Source: Carcharhinus amblyrhynchos (Eukaryota). Taken from it: a stretch of 64,000 bases of DNA. Below, one piece after another: positions 48,870-61,304 of the stretch (the first letter of the stretch is position 1; every line of letters starts with the position of its first letter). The position numbers and the translations under genes are program-made. The stretch covers positions 85,498,001-85,562,000 of the forward strand of contig OZ336877.1 in the NCBI GenBank assembly GCA_965287045.1, read 5' to 3'. The notes beneath the pieces were generated by a model, which ran no database searches, was not told the DNA's origin, and was given only the letters and a program-made list of their open reading frames with translations.

Positions 48870-51215
48870 TCGTTATAGAGGGTCTGTGTTGTAGGCTGGA
48901 TGACTAGTGCTGTGCATCTGCAGGTGCTGGTTCTGATACACGTACAAAGTGATAACAGTTGTGATCACTGTCTGAGGCTACCACGTAATACAGCATGGCT
49001 GCATACCACTGTCAACTTGTCATGATCGCATGCAATTTGAATCCTGACTATTTGACCATGTGTTAGAAGGCTGAGTCTGAGGGCATTTCGATCATAGTAC
49101 ATTTTACTTCTCAGTCATCATTGCATAAGGGCATCATTCACATTGATTGCAAGTTTAGGTTGCAGCAGAGCTTCAGTAGTAAGAATTGTGCTGACAAGGC
49201 AGGCAGGCCCCATCGTGGCAGATTTTGTAGGCTGAGTGCAGCATAGTAGTTTGCATGTGAAGAGGCTTCTTTAAGTAACTGAGTGACTGATGATCAGTTC
49301 CAACAGTTGCAGGAGGACCATATATAAAGTAATGGAATTTCTGGCAGGTGAAGACTAGAGTTACTTTTCATTGTCAAGGAGGACCTTTGATGCAAAGGCT
49401 GTTAGTCTGCCATTCTGGATTCAGACTTTGCCAAGTCTGTGTTGGAAGGTGTCTGCTGATCTAAATATGGGTCCTTTGAAAGTCAAAGTATTGTGGCACC
49501 AGTGAGGCTGCTGAAGACCGCTGTGTGCTGCTCCTGTCAGCACTATTTGATGTCCTGGTCGAGGATCTGATTAAGAGATCCCATGATCTCACTTTTACAA
49601 CAAATGAAGTTAAAGATAATTTGTCATACCAAGGAAGTCCACAGGGATGGCCATCTGTTGTTTATCATTGTCTTGTTTGGATCTGGCTTTCCACCATCGG
49701 CTGAGAGTAAATTGCCTGCAAGATGATTTGAGTACAAGATTAGGGATATCTTGTTGCAGTTATAAAGAGCATTGATGAGATCACAACTAGAATATTGTTT
49801 GCAGTTTTGACCTCCTTCTCTAAGGCAGGATGTTCTTGCTATGGAAGGAGTGCAGCAAAGGTTTATCAGACAGATTCCTGCACTGGCAGGACTGATATGA
49901 GGAGCGATTGAGTTGGTTAGGATTATATTTGCCTGAATTTAGAAGAATGAAGGGGGAATCTCATAGAAACCTATAAAATTCTAACAGAACTAGACAGAGT
50001 AGGAACAAGAAAGGTATTCCCAATGATAGGATGTCCAGAACCTGGAGTCACAGCCTGAGCATACAGACTAAACCATTTAGAACTATGAAGAGAAATTTCT
50101 TCACCTAGAGAGTGGTGAGCCTATGGAATTCTCTACCACAGAAAACAGTTAAGGCCAAAACATTGTTTGTTCTCAAGACAAAGTCAGATATAGCTCTTGG
50201 GACTAAAGAGCCCAAAGGATATGGGGGGGAGAAAGTGGAAACAGGTTACTAAGTTGGATGATCAGCCATTTGTTGTCTGATTTCAAGAAGAAATTAGATG
50301 AAGTTCTTGGGGCTAAAGGGATCAAGGGTTATGGGAGGAAGGGGTAATCAGGATATTGAATTTGATGATCAGCCATGATCAAAATGAGTGGCGCAGCAGG
50401 CTTGAAGGGCTGAATGGCTTACTTCTACTTCTAGTTTCTGTGTAACCTGCAATTCACATTGCTGAAAACCTTAGCATTTGGCATTTTGCTATCACCTGTT
50501 CCAATGTTTCATACGGTCATGAGGCTTGAGGAGAACCTTGTTCAAATGGGCTGGGTCAGTGCCATCTTTCTTTACTTCAGCACTCAAACCTATTTTGTGG
50601 CCTCGTCTAGGAATTGTTACACGAAGTTTGTCATCAATGACATCACAGTTGAAGAGATATTTATACTCTCTCATTCTTGGGGCCTTATGTTGTAAAATAT
50701 GCACTTCTGGACCAAGTTGCATGAACTCCAATATATATCCCGAGGACAGTGCACTGGCCTTATGTTATGGTCAACTATGAAACTTGAAATTACCCTGTCT
50801 GCAATGGAGAGTGGCCCACCTTCAGTGTGGATGATTTGTCTTGGGACTCACCTGGAAACTGGGGTATGATGCTGTATATGTGTCTTGTCCCATAGCATTC
50901 AGGTGGGCAATACGTTATACCTTGCTCCTGTATCAATCTTTACCTTCATGCTTTGCTGCAAATCACTTTCAGGCGGGTGAAGATCTCACCCTTTTCTGTG
51001 AGGTGTAGACATGATCACACTATTGGGGGCTCAATGGTTTTGCTGGTTTGGCTAAGCTCCAGTTTATTCACCTTGTTGACACTCCTACTCTTGGAGGGCT
51101 AACCGGCTAAATGTGGGTGGTGGAGGTTTTGATCTGCAGCATTTGCAAAATTATTCCAGTTGTTACGTTTATTGCAGCATTTACCATATGTGAAACATGC
51201 TGTTTTGAGAGTGAT
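48870..51215 (-). mobile_element. Gypsy gag-pol relic interrupted by a CR1
   Basis: Protease VKIDTGARYNVLP (~50910-50945), a Zn-knuckle-like relic at ~51130-51190 and RNase H-like QNGRLTAFASK at ~49400. Confidence 0.75.
49725..50445 (+). mobile_element. CR1 3' fragment with two tandem 3' ends
   Basis: LEYCLQF and NFFT.RVVSLWNSLP motifs. The terminal segment occurs twice (~50160-50270 and ~50270-50445). Confidence 0.85.
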
Positions 51216-51224
51216 GGTTATCAC

Positions 51225-52155
51225 AGTTGGGAAATTGGTGCGATGACAATAATCTCTCCCTAAATGTCAACAAAATGAAGAAGATGATCATCCACTTCAG
51301 AAAGCGTAGTGGAGGACATGCTCCTGCTTGCATCAACAGGAACGAAGTAAAAATGATGGGGAGCTTCAAGTTTCTAGGTTTCCAGATCACCAACCTGTCC
51401 TGGTCCCTCCTTGCCAATGCTATATTTAAGAAAACTCACCAACGCCTCTACTTTCCCAGGAAGCTAAAGAAATGTCCACTACAACTCTCACCAATCATTA
51501 TAGTTACACCATAGAAAGCATCCTTTCTGGTTGTATCACAGCTTGGTATGGTTTCTGCCCTGTCCAAGACTGCAAAAACTATAAAAGGTCATGAATGAAG
51601 CCCAGTCCATCACACAAAGTAACCTCCCATCCATTGACTGTCTACACTTCCCACTGCCTTGGGAAAGCAGCCAGCATAATCAAGGACCCCATATATCCCG
51701 AACATACTCTCTTCCTCCTGCTTCTGTCAGAAAAAAGTACAAAAGTCTGAGGTCACATACCAACCAACTCAAGAACATCATCTTTCCTGTTCCCACCAGA
51801 CTTTTGAATGGACTTACCTCATATTAAGTTGACCTTTCTCTACACCTTAGCTGTGGCTGTAACACTACATTCTGCACCCTCTCCTTTCCTTCTGTATGTA
51901 CATATGCTAAGCTTTGTTTGTATAGAGCACAGGAAACAATACTTTTCATTGTATATTAATACGTGTGATAATTAATCAAACACTTATTTGGAAGCATGAG
52001 CTTTTGGAGCTTTGCCCCTTCATCAAGTGAGTCCTGGGGAAATGCTCCAAAAGCTCGTGCTACCAAATAAACCTGTTGGACTTTAACCTGGCGTTGACTT
52101 ACTGTGCCTACCCCTGTCCAACACCAGCAGCTCCACATCAATAATAAATCAAATT
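51225..52155 (+). mobile_element. Rex1/Babar-like LINE 3' portion
   Basis: WCDDNNLSLNVNK.K.MIIHFRK...SFKFLG...KKTHQRLYF.RKLKK, with tail GTGTGATAAT...AATAAATCAAAT. Confidence 0.85.
51983..52140. mobile_element. Miniature inverted Penelope pLTR pair
   Basis: TTATTTGGAAGCATGAGCTTTTGGAGC ... GCTCCAAAAGCTCGTGCTACCAAATAA fold-back, followed by the pLTR end. Confidence 0.8.
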
Positions 52156-52579
52156 AAGGGTGTGCCCAGTATCATTAAAAACTTCTGTTTCTCACCTAAA
52201 ATCCCTGCTGAATTTTTCTGACTATTCATTTAATATGCAAATGCTAATGGTTGTTAGTAGTATTAAGTCATTCCCTTGCAGCAGCTTCTCATAGACAAGA
52301 TTGCTGTGGATCCCACAGGCTATTCACGTCCTGATTAACTCATCTATAAGGGTGTCAAATGTTCATTTCCTCACTAACTTTTCAAGATTGTCATGTAAGA
52401 TTGTATTGATTCATTTGCTCTTGGGTTTGTTGAATTAAACACGTGCCTGTCAAGAATTATACTTTTTACCAGAAAACAAATATTCTCTATCCTTTTTTGG
52501 AATTATTTCAGGATCCTACTCCTCCTCATCCATTTGGAAAAATCAGTCTCAGAGCCCACTAAGTTTAGTAAGTTGTGAA

Positions 52580-52997
52580 CTTGTATCTTTTTTGAGTTGT
52601 CGTAATGCAATTATGCCACTCCTCAAGCTTTTCCCAACTGTCTGCAATGTTTTTGTCGAAAATGACCAAGTTGATGCAGCAAAATCCTTATGCCGTGCTG
52701 CCAACTCAACACCATGTAGAAGTTTCTGGTTCTGGGTTCTGAAACACTGACATCAAAGACTTTATTCACCAGCTGAGTAAGCTACTCAAAGTTTGTGCTC
52801 TATCTTTTCTCTGGGGAGAACTCCCACATTCCAATCATGTGACCCTTTTTGTAGCTGCATTATCCACTCAGTCTGCAGTGATGAAGTCTAAAACGGAGTT
52901 ATTGTGCATGAATGCAAACACACAGAGTGCACAAAATAGGACTGGCGAGTTACAGGTGCAGATTGCTACGTGGAAATCTGATGATATACCTATAACA
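52580..52997 (-). mobile_element. Gypsy 5' LTR (52715-52997), PBS and gag start
   Basis: Minus strand TGTTATAG...AATAAA...TTCTACA is immediately followed by TGGTGTTGAG (PBS-like) and then NIADSWEKL (gag N-terminus-like). Confidence 0.7.
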
Positions 52998-53985
52998 GGG
53001 ACCTAAATAATTAGTGAGCATTCTATTATAATTTTCAGGTTGGCTAAAGAAAAGTACAAAAACCATTTCAGAGTAAGAATAATTACTTGGTGGAAAGCCA
53101 ACTTCAAATGGGGCAAGAATAGATATGAACCTGATAAATTGGAATCAGCAGTTGGTGGGAAAAACAGTAACTGATAATAGGCTATTTTTAAAGAAGGATA
53201 GTTCAAGTACAGTTCAGAAATGATGTGAAAAAGCAGAGAATCAAAGAGAGAGTACAAAACAGTGACTGACAGATCATAAGACATAGGAGCAGAAATAGGT
53301 TATTCAGCCCATTGAATCTGCTGCAGCATTCAACGAGATCGTGACTGATCACCTAACAAAGGAGAATTCAAAAATCTTCAATAGGCATACAAATAGTAAG
53401 AGAGTGATGAAAGGGGAGTGCGTCCAATTAGGGACCAAAAAGGGGATTTATGCATGGAAACGGGGGTATAGGTGAGGTATTAAATGAATACGTTGCATCT
53501 GTCTTTACCATGGAAGATGATGCTTAAAAGGTCATTGTGCAAGAGGAGGTAATTGTGACATGATATACAATGGACAAGGAAGAGGCATTGAATAGGTTTA
53601 AAGTTGATAAGGCACTTGGATCGGATGAGTTGCAACCGAGAACACTGAGGGAAATAAGAGTGAAAATTGTAGAGGCGTGGACATAATTTTCCAGTGTTCC
53701 TTAGATTTGGGACATTGCCAGAGGACTGAAGAATTGCAAATATTAAACCTTTGTTCAAAAAACTATATCAAGCTAAGCACAACAATGACAAGGCAGTCAA
53801 TTAACAGTGGGAAGGCTTCAAGAAAGAATAATTCAGGACAAAGGTAATAGTCATGTAGCAAATGTGGACTAATTTAGGAAAATCAAAATAGATTTGTTAA
53901 AATCAAATTATATTTAACTAACTTGCTAGAGTTGTTTGAAGAGGGAACAGAGGATTGAGGTAATTAATGCTGTTGATATGATGCA

Positions 53986-54985
53986 CATAGAGTCAGAGGT
54001 TTACAGCATGGAAACAGGCCCTTCGACCCAACTTGCCCATGCCACCCTTTTTTTAAAATATCCCTCAAAAACAATCTTACCCATGTAACTGTCTAAACAC
54101 TTCTTAAAAGACAAGATTGTACCCGCCTCTATTACTACCCCTAGCAGCTTGTTCCAGACACTCACCATCCTCTGAAAAAAATTGCCCCTCTGGACCCTTT
54201 TGTATCTCTCCCCTTTCACCTTAAACTATGCCCTCTAGTATTAGACTCCTGTACCTTTGGGATAGAATGTTGACTATCTACCTTATCTATGCCCCTCATT
54301 ATTTTATTGATCTCTATAAGATTATCTCTAAGCCTCCTACATTCCAAAGGAAAAAGACCCAGTCTACAGCCTCTCCTTATAACACAAACCATCAGGTCCT
54401 GGTAGCATCCTAGTAAATCTATTCTGCACTCTCTCTAGTTTAACAATATTCTTTTTATAATAGGGTGACCAAAACTGTACACAGTATTCCAAGTGTGGTC
54501 TTACCAGTGTCTTGTACATCTCCAAAAAGATGTCCCATCTCCAGTATTCATTGTTCTGACCAATGAAACCAAGCATACCAAATGCTGCCTTCACCACCCT
54601 GTCCACCTGAGACTTCAATTTCAATGAGCTATGACCGTGTACCCCTAGAACTCTCTGTTCCATAACTCTTCCCAACACCCTACCATTAACTGAGTAAGTC
54701 CTGCCCTGGTTCAATCTACCAAAATGCATCACCTTGCATTTATCCAAATTAAACTCCATCTACCATTCGTCAGCCTACTGGTCCAATTGATCAAGATCCT
54801 GTTGCAATCCGAGATAAGGTTATTCATTGTCCACTATGCCACCAATCTTGACATCATCTGCAAATTTACTAACCATGCCTTCTAAATTCTCATCCAAATC
54901 ATTAATATAAATGACAAATAACAGTAGACCCAACACTGCTCCCTGAGGCATGAAGCTGCTCACAGGCTTCCAATATGAACAGGCC
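53986..54985 (-). mobile_element. CR1/HER1 LINE 3' fragment
   Basis: ORFs 54820-55044 (PQGAVLG...FADDVK), 54364-54759 and 54001-54219. Confidence 0.93.
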
Positions 54986-55377
54986 TCCAGCTTGGGCTTC
55001 CTGAAGGCATCTGATACAGTTCCACACAACAGACTCATGAGCAAATTTATAGTTCATGGAATAAAGAGACAGTAGCAACATGATAACAAATTGGTTAAGT
55101 GATGAGAAACAGGGTCATGATTAATGGATTTTTTTTTGAACTGGTGGAATGTTCATAGTAGATTTCTCATGCAGGGGTCTGTGTTGGAATATTTGCTCTT
55201 CTTGATATATATTAATGATCTAGACCTGTGTATACAGAGCATAATTTCAAAATTTATTGACGATCCATCAATTGAAAGCAATATGAACTGTGAGAAGGAT
55301 AGGATAGAACTTCAAAAAACATAAACATGTTGGTAGAATTTTGTAGAAGTTCAATGCAGAGAAGTGTGAAGTGATTC

Positions 55378-55641
55378 TGGGAGTTTGCACGTTCTCCCCG
55401 TGGTTGCGTGGGTTTCCTCCGGGTGCTCCGGTTTCCTCCCACATCCCCCAAAGATGTGCTTTTAGGCTGATTGATTGGGTACTAAAATTGTCCCTAAATT
55501 GGACCTCCCTGATCCTCGCACGTTAGGCGTAGACTAAAATCATGAATAGGTCACTGAGATAGTAGGACGGCGGCGCGGGCTCGTTGGGCCGAAGGGCCTG
55601 TTTCCCGTGCTGTGTTGCTGTGTTGTTGCTGTGTTGTGTGT
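55378..55641 (+). mobile_element. 5'-truncated young HE1-like SINE with (TGTTGC)n tail
   Basis: CpG-rich core, GGGCCGAAGGGCCT stem-loop, and TGATTC repeated on both flanks (TSD). Confidence 0.88.
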
Positions 55642-55679
55642 TGATTCATTTTGGTAGGAAGAACTTGAAAAGAGAACAT

Positions 55680-56775
55680 TTGATCTGATTTATTATTGGC
55701 ACGTGTATAAACAGTGAAAAGTGTTGTTTCTAATGTGTTATACAGACAAAGCATACCGTTCATAGAGAAGGAAACAAGCAAATGCAGAACTTAGTGTTAA
55801 TCATAGTGAAAGATCAACTTAATGCAAGACAAGTCCATTCAAAAGTCTGACAACAGCAGAGAAGAAGCTGTTCAGGAGTCGATTGGTACGTGACCTCAGA
55901 CTGTTGTTTCTTTTTCCCAAGGGAAGAAGCTGAAAGAGAGAATGTGTGGGATCCTTAATTATGCTGGCTGCTTTGCTGAGGCAGTGGGATGTATAGACAG
56001 AGTCAATGGATGAGAGGCTGACTTACATGATGGATTAGGCTACATTCACAACCTTCTGTAGTTCCTTGCGGTCTTGGACAGAGCAGGAACCACACCAAGT
56101 TGTGATAGAACCAGAAAGAATGCTTTCTATAGTGCATCTGTAAAAGTTGGTGAGAGTCATAGCTGACATGCCAAATGTCCTTAGTCTTCTGACCAAGTAG
56201 AGATGTTGTTGGATTTTCTTAACTATACTGTCGGCATGGGGGGACCAGGACAGGTCGGTGGTGACCTGGACACCTAAAAACTTGAACCTCTTGACCCTTT
56301 CTACTTCATTCCCGTTAATGTAGACAGGGGTATGTTCTCCTTAATGCTTCCTGAGGTCGATGACAATCTCCTTCATTTTGTTGACTTTGAGGGAGAGATT
56401 ATTGTTGCCACACTAGTTCACCAAATTCTCTTATTCCTGTATTCTGTCTTGTCGTTGTTTGAGATCTGACCCACTAAAGTGGTGTCGTCAGCAAACTTGA
56501 AAATCGAATTGGAGGGAAATTTGGCCACACAGTCATAGGTGTACAAGTATAGTAGAGGACTGAGAACACAGCTTTGTGGGGCAACAGTGAAGAGAGTGAT
56601 CATGGAGGAGATATTATTGCCTATCCTTACTGATTTGTGGTCTGAGTTAGGAAGTTCAGGATCCAGTCACAGAAGGAGGTGCCAAGGCCCAGGCCACAGA
56701 GTTTGGAAATGAGTTTTTTTTAGGAATAATTGTGTTGAAGGCTGAGCAGTGGTCAATAAATAGGAGCCTGACATA
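55680..56775 (-). mobile_element. Rex1/Babar-like LINE fragment
   Basis: APQSCVLSPLLY..YTYDCVA...IFKFADDTTLVGQISNND, with tail ACACGTGCCAATAATAAATCAGATCAAA. Confidence 0.88.
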
Positions 56776-57830
56776 GTGTAAAAATAATGTATAAAATTAA
56801 ACATAATGTATAAAATAATGGATACATTTTGAAAGGGAATGCAAGAATCGAAGGACCTGGGTGTATACATGCTAAGCCATTGAAGACAGCAGGACTAGTT
56901 GGGAGACTGGTTAACATAGTGGACTAGCAGTCTAGGATTTATTCATGGGGCATAGAGTAAAAAAGCAAGGACTTGTGTTAATCTTGTCTAAAACAATAGT
57001 TCAGCTTGGAGTATTATGTCTGTTTTGGCACTGCACTTTCAAGAGACAGTACAGAAGATTAGGGATGAGATATTGCAATTGTATAGATAAATAGATTGGA
57101 AGAGTTGGGACTGTGTTTTCGAGGAGAGGGTTAAGAGGAGATTTGATAGAGGCATTCAAGATGTTGAGGGGTATGGTCAGAGTAGATAGGGAAAACCTGT
57201 TCCCACTGGTGAAGGATGTGGCAGCACAGACTTAATTGGCAAAAGAAGCGATGGAAACACAAGGAAAAATCTTTTCACTCAGCAAGTGGTTATGATTGGG
57301 AATGAACTGCTTGATGGTCATGACGTGGAGATGTTTGTGTTGGACTGGGATAGGCACAGTAAGAAGTCTCACAACACCATGTTAAAGTCCAACAGGTTTA
57401 TTTGGTAGCACAAGCTTTCAGAACACTGCACTTTCATCAGTTGAGTGGGAGTTGGGTTCACAAACAGGGCATATGTTGACACAAACTCAATTACAAAATA
57501 ATGGATGGAATGCGCGTCTTAACAGGTAATCAACTCTACAGGTACAGACAATACGAGTGGAGAGAGGTTTAAGCACAGATTAAAGAGGCATGAATTGTCT
57601 CAAGCCAGGATAGTGAGTGAGATTTTTGCAAGCCAAGGCAAGTCGTGGGGTTATAGATAGTGTGACATGATCCCAGTTGAGGCTGCAATCATGTGTGTGG
57701 AATGTGGCTATCAGTTTCTGCTCGGTAATTCTGCGTCGTCATGTATCTTGAAAGCCGCCGTGGAGAACGCTTACCTGAAGATCAGAACCTGAATGCCCTT
57801 GACTGCTGAAGTGTTCCCCAACAGGAAGAA

Positions 57831-58406
57831 ATGCAGCTGGAGTACTGTGTGCAGTTTTGGTCGCCGCACCAACGCAAGGATATTTTGGCCTTGGAGGGAG
57901 TGCAGAGGAGGTTTACTAGGCTGATACCGGAGTTGAGGGGGTTGAGCTATGAGGAAAGGCTGAATAAACTAGGCTTGTACTCGTTAGAGTTTAGAAGAAT
58001 GAGGGGAGATCTCATTGAGACGTATAAGATGATGAATGGGATGGATAGGATAGAGGTGGAGAAACTCTTCCTGCTCAGAAAGGACAGTAGGACTAGGGGG
58101 CACAGCCTCAAGATAAAGGGGGGACGGTTTAGAACGGAGTTGAGGAGGAACTTCTTCACTCAAAGGGTGGTGAATCTCTGGAATTCTCTGCCCGTTGAGG
58201 CGGTGGAGGCTGCCTCACTAAATATTTTTAAGACGCGGGTTGATGGGTTTTTGATAAGCGAGGGGATTAAGGGTTATGGGGAGACGGCGGGAATGTGGAA
58301 CTGAGCCACAACAGATCAGCCATGATCTTATTGAATGGCGGGGCAGGCTCGAAGGGCTAGATGGCCTACTCCTGCTCCTATTTCTTATGTTCTTATGTTC
58401 TTATGC
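57831..58406 (+). mobile_element. Young CR1 3' fragment inside the Penelope left arm
   Basis: Intact 157-aa ORF2 end, (TTCTTATG)3 tail and ATGC at both junctions. Confidence 0.95.
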
Positions 58407-59130
58407 TCCTGCCTGGTGATTGTTGAGCGGTGTCCATTCATCTGTTGTCGTATCATCTGCATGGACTCAACAATGTACCATGCCTCGGGATATCCTTTCC
58501 TGCAGCATATCAGGTAAACAACGTTGGCTAGCCGGATCAGCGACATAAATACCAGCATCTCACATGAGAACACCATCCACTAGGTACACCGTACGTTTTC
58601 TTGCGACTCAGCCAATGTTGTCTATCTGATATGCTGCAGAAAAGGATGTCCTGAGACATGGTACTTTGGCGAGGCCATGCAGACACTACGGCAACAGATA
58701 AATGGACACCCAGCTCAACAATCACCAGGCAGGAGTGTTCCCTTCCTGTCAGGGAATACTTCAGCAGTCAAGGGCATTCAGCCTCTGATCTTCGAGTAAG
58801 TGTTCTCCGAGGTGGCCTTCAAGACACGTGACAATGCAGAATTGCCAAGCAGAAACTGATAGCCAAGTTCCGCACAATGAGGATGGCCTCAACCAGGATC
58901 CTGGGTTCATGTCACATTCTCCATAACCCCCACAACTTGCCTGGACTTGCAAAACCTCACTAACTGTCCTAGGTCAAGACAATTCACACCTCTTTAACCT
59001 GTGGTTAAAACCCTTTCCACGCACATTGTCTGTGGCCTGTAAGGACTTGATTTTCTGTTAAGACTCACATTCCATCCATTATCTTGTAATTGTGTCTATA
59101 TATGCCCTGTTTGTGAACCCAACTCCCACT

Positions 59131-59165
59131 CACCTGATGAAGCAGTAGCGCTCCGAAAGCTTGTG
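59131..59165 (+). ncRNA. Minimal hammerhead ribozyme motif of the Penelope pLTR
   Basis: CAC-CTGATGA-AGCAGTAGCGCTCC-GAAA-GC-TT-GTG. Core intact, stem II imperfect. Confidence 0.65.
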
Positions 59166-59379
59166 CTACCAAATAAACCTGTTGGAATTTAACCTGATGT
59201 TGTGAGACTTTTTCCTGCTTGATAATGTGATGGAGGCAGGTCCAATCAAAGCATTCAAGAGGGATTTGGATTTTTATCTGAGTTATAGGGAGAAGATAGA
59301 AGGTGCTTATTAGAAGGGCCAACAAAAATGCAACGGTCCAAATATCATCCTTCAATGCTGAAACAAATTCTGTGAATAA

Positions 59380-59935
59380 TGTTTACAGAAGGACTTTGAA
59401 GAGGAAATAGTAGTTGGAGAAGGGATGGTAGTTTGCAAAAATGTGGGATTAAGGGTAATTTTATTAAAGAGAAGATGATTATGGCAGATTTAAAGGACAG
59501 CAGCATAGCACCTATAACAAGTAATCTCTTAATAGAATCAGTTTATATGGAGCCATAATGGAAAGTTTAGTTCAGCTGAAATAGGATCAGGAGCAAGAAC
59601 TGGGTTTATGGATGATGTGCGTGTGGAGAAGGCATAGAGAGTGATAGGGAAACTGGGGAAAGGTGAGTTTAGGGCTATGTATGGGGGAACTAAAGAAAAT
59701 TTGGCTTAGTGGATTAGCGCAAGGAAAGCAGTAGAAACAGCTAATTGTCACCAAGATTGAGACCATCCAAAGAGGTCTATGGGTTCCTCCCCCTTATTGT
59801 TGGAACTGAAGGTAAAGGAGGTAATGGGCAGGGTTTTTAATGATATAGTTTCCAGTAAAGAGAAAAAGCCAGGGGTTATCTATGCATTCTGAGATGAATT
59901 GGAAATAGTGAGCAGTTTTAGCAGAGAAGAACAGG
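59380..59935 (-). mobile_element. Ancient L2-like LINE relic
   Basis: Purine-rich decayed segment resembling the antisense of an L2 ORF. No firm motif. Confidence 0.3.
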
Positions 59936-60310
59936 ACCCCACAAATACTCTAGATGCTGGAAATCTGAAATAGAAACAGAAAATGCTAGAAATAATCATC
60001 AGTTAAACCAGTATCTGTGGTGAAAGATAGAGTTAAGCTTTGGTTATGATGACATTTCATCAGAACTCAGTAAAGACAGAAATGTTGAGCAAGTGAAAGC
60101 CGGGGGGAGGGGGGAGAGAGAGAGAGAACAAATGGGAACGTCTATTATAGGGTAGAGAATAGGAGAGATTAAATGACAGAAGGTTTTATAGTAATGGGTT
60201 AAGTAAAGAAACAAAAGATATGCTCACATTCACATCCCATCTCAATACATCTTTTATGTTTTGCCCATCACCATAAAATCTTTTGTTATTTCTTCCCCAC
60301 ACTCATTCAA
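59936..60310 (-). mobile_element. Penelope-like pLTR, same family as 21695-23510
   Basis: GATGCTGGAAATCTGAAATAGAAACAGAAAATGCT...TTTCATCAGAAC, giving CTGATGA on the minus strand with the GAAA core decayed. Confidence 0.7.
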
Positions 60311-61304
60311 TCATGTTTTCTATTGTCAAGCCAGATATGGCAGTGGATGGTGAAACCAGTTGTCTGATATATCCTTTCAAGATTGATACTTTGGATTTGT
60401 GTTAGCAGAGATGAGGGCTGTACAAGAGGCAATGGCCAGGGCAAAAGACAGTAATGATTTTGTTGAGGACAAGAACATCAAAAGGTGGAAGTATGGTTGA
60501 ACAAATAAGTAGCTGCATAGACATTAAGGTTACTTTACTCCATTCATTTGTTGAAAACAACAAGACTTTCCACTCACCAGAGAAACTAAAATACTGTCAC
60601 TCAGTGTCTTTTATAATATCCACCAGCTCTAAACCATTAAATAAAACTCTTTTGGACAAGAAATGGGATCATAGAAAAGCATCTTACAAATGGAATTGAT
60701 CATACCCAGTTCTCTTCACTCCATGAAACTTCATTTTGATGTAAAACCGGTGGTAGGTAATCAATGCAAACAGCAGAATCTAATGGAAAGGTAAATTAAA
60801 AAAAATATTATTGATACACAAGTCTCTACCCTTTCATGAGTTTTGTCATTTTCATGTAAAATATCCATTGAGGAATTGTTGAAGAATTGAAAACCTAAAT
60901 TTTTACAAGATTAGGCTCTGACATTTTCAGCATTATGGTAACATCACAAATTTAACATCAGCATAACTAAAAATATTCATATCTATTTGTGCAAGCAATC
61001 TGGTGAATCAGCAAGGGATTTTCAGATTTTTGTTGATTTCAAAGGGATTTGGGAAAGACGTAGCAAGCAGGAAGCAGTGAACAGGAGGAAACAAGGACAT
61101 AAGGATAGGCGGTGGGCTGAAGGAAAGGAGGGGTTTGTATTCGGGCAGAAAGCAAGGTGGTGGGAACATGGTTTCAAAATAAAAGTGTGGATATGCGCAG
61201 TTGCATGTGATTCTTTGGTGTATGTGACCGCTACAAAAATAGAGGTCAAGGCTGGCAGCACTATTTGGCCAATTTCCCTAATACACAAACTGCATTAAAA
61301 CAAA

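Larger units (their letters stand above)
57322..59212. mobile_element. Penelope element pair, head-to-head (left arm -, right arm +), each with a GIY-YIG end and pLTR
   Basis: ANVVYLICCRKG.PE.WY..E.MQ..RQQ.NGH appears on both strands around the junction at ~58535. Mirrored pLTRs lie at 57322-57520 and 59060-59212. Confidence 0.92.
53000..59370 (+). mobile_element. Old CR1 LINE split by several nested insertions
   Basis: Colinear pieces AVDM|..KA.D.VPH, EKCEVI|HFGRKN and WNELLD|VMEAG rejoin across each insertion. Confidence 0.8.
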
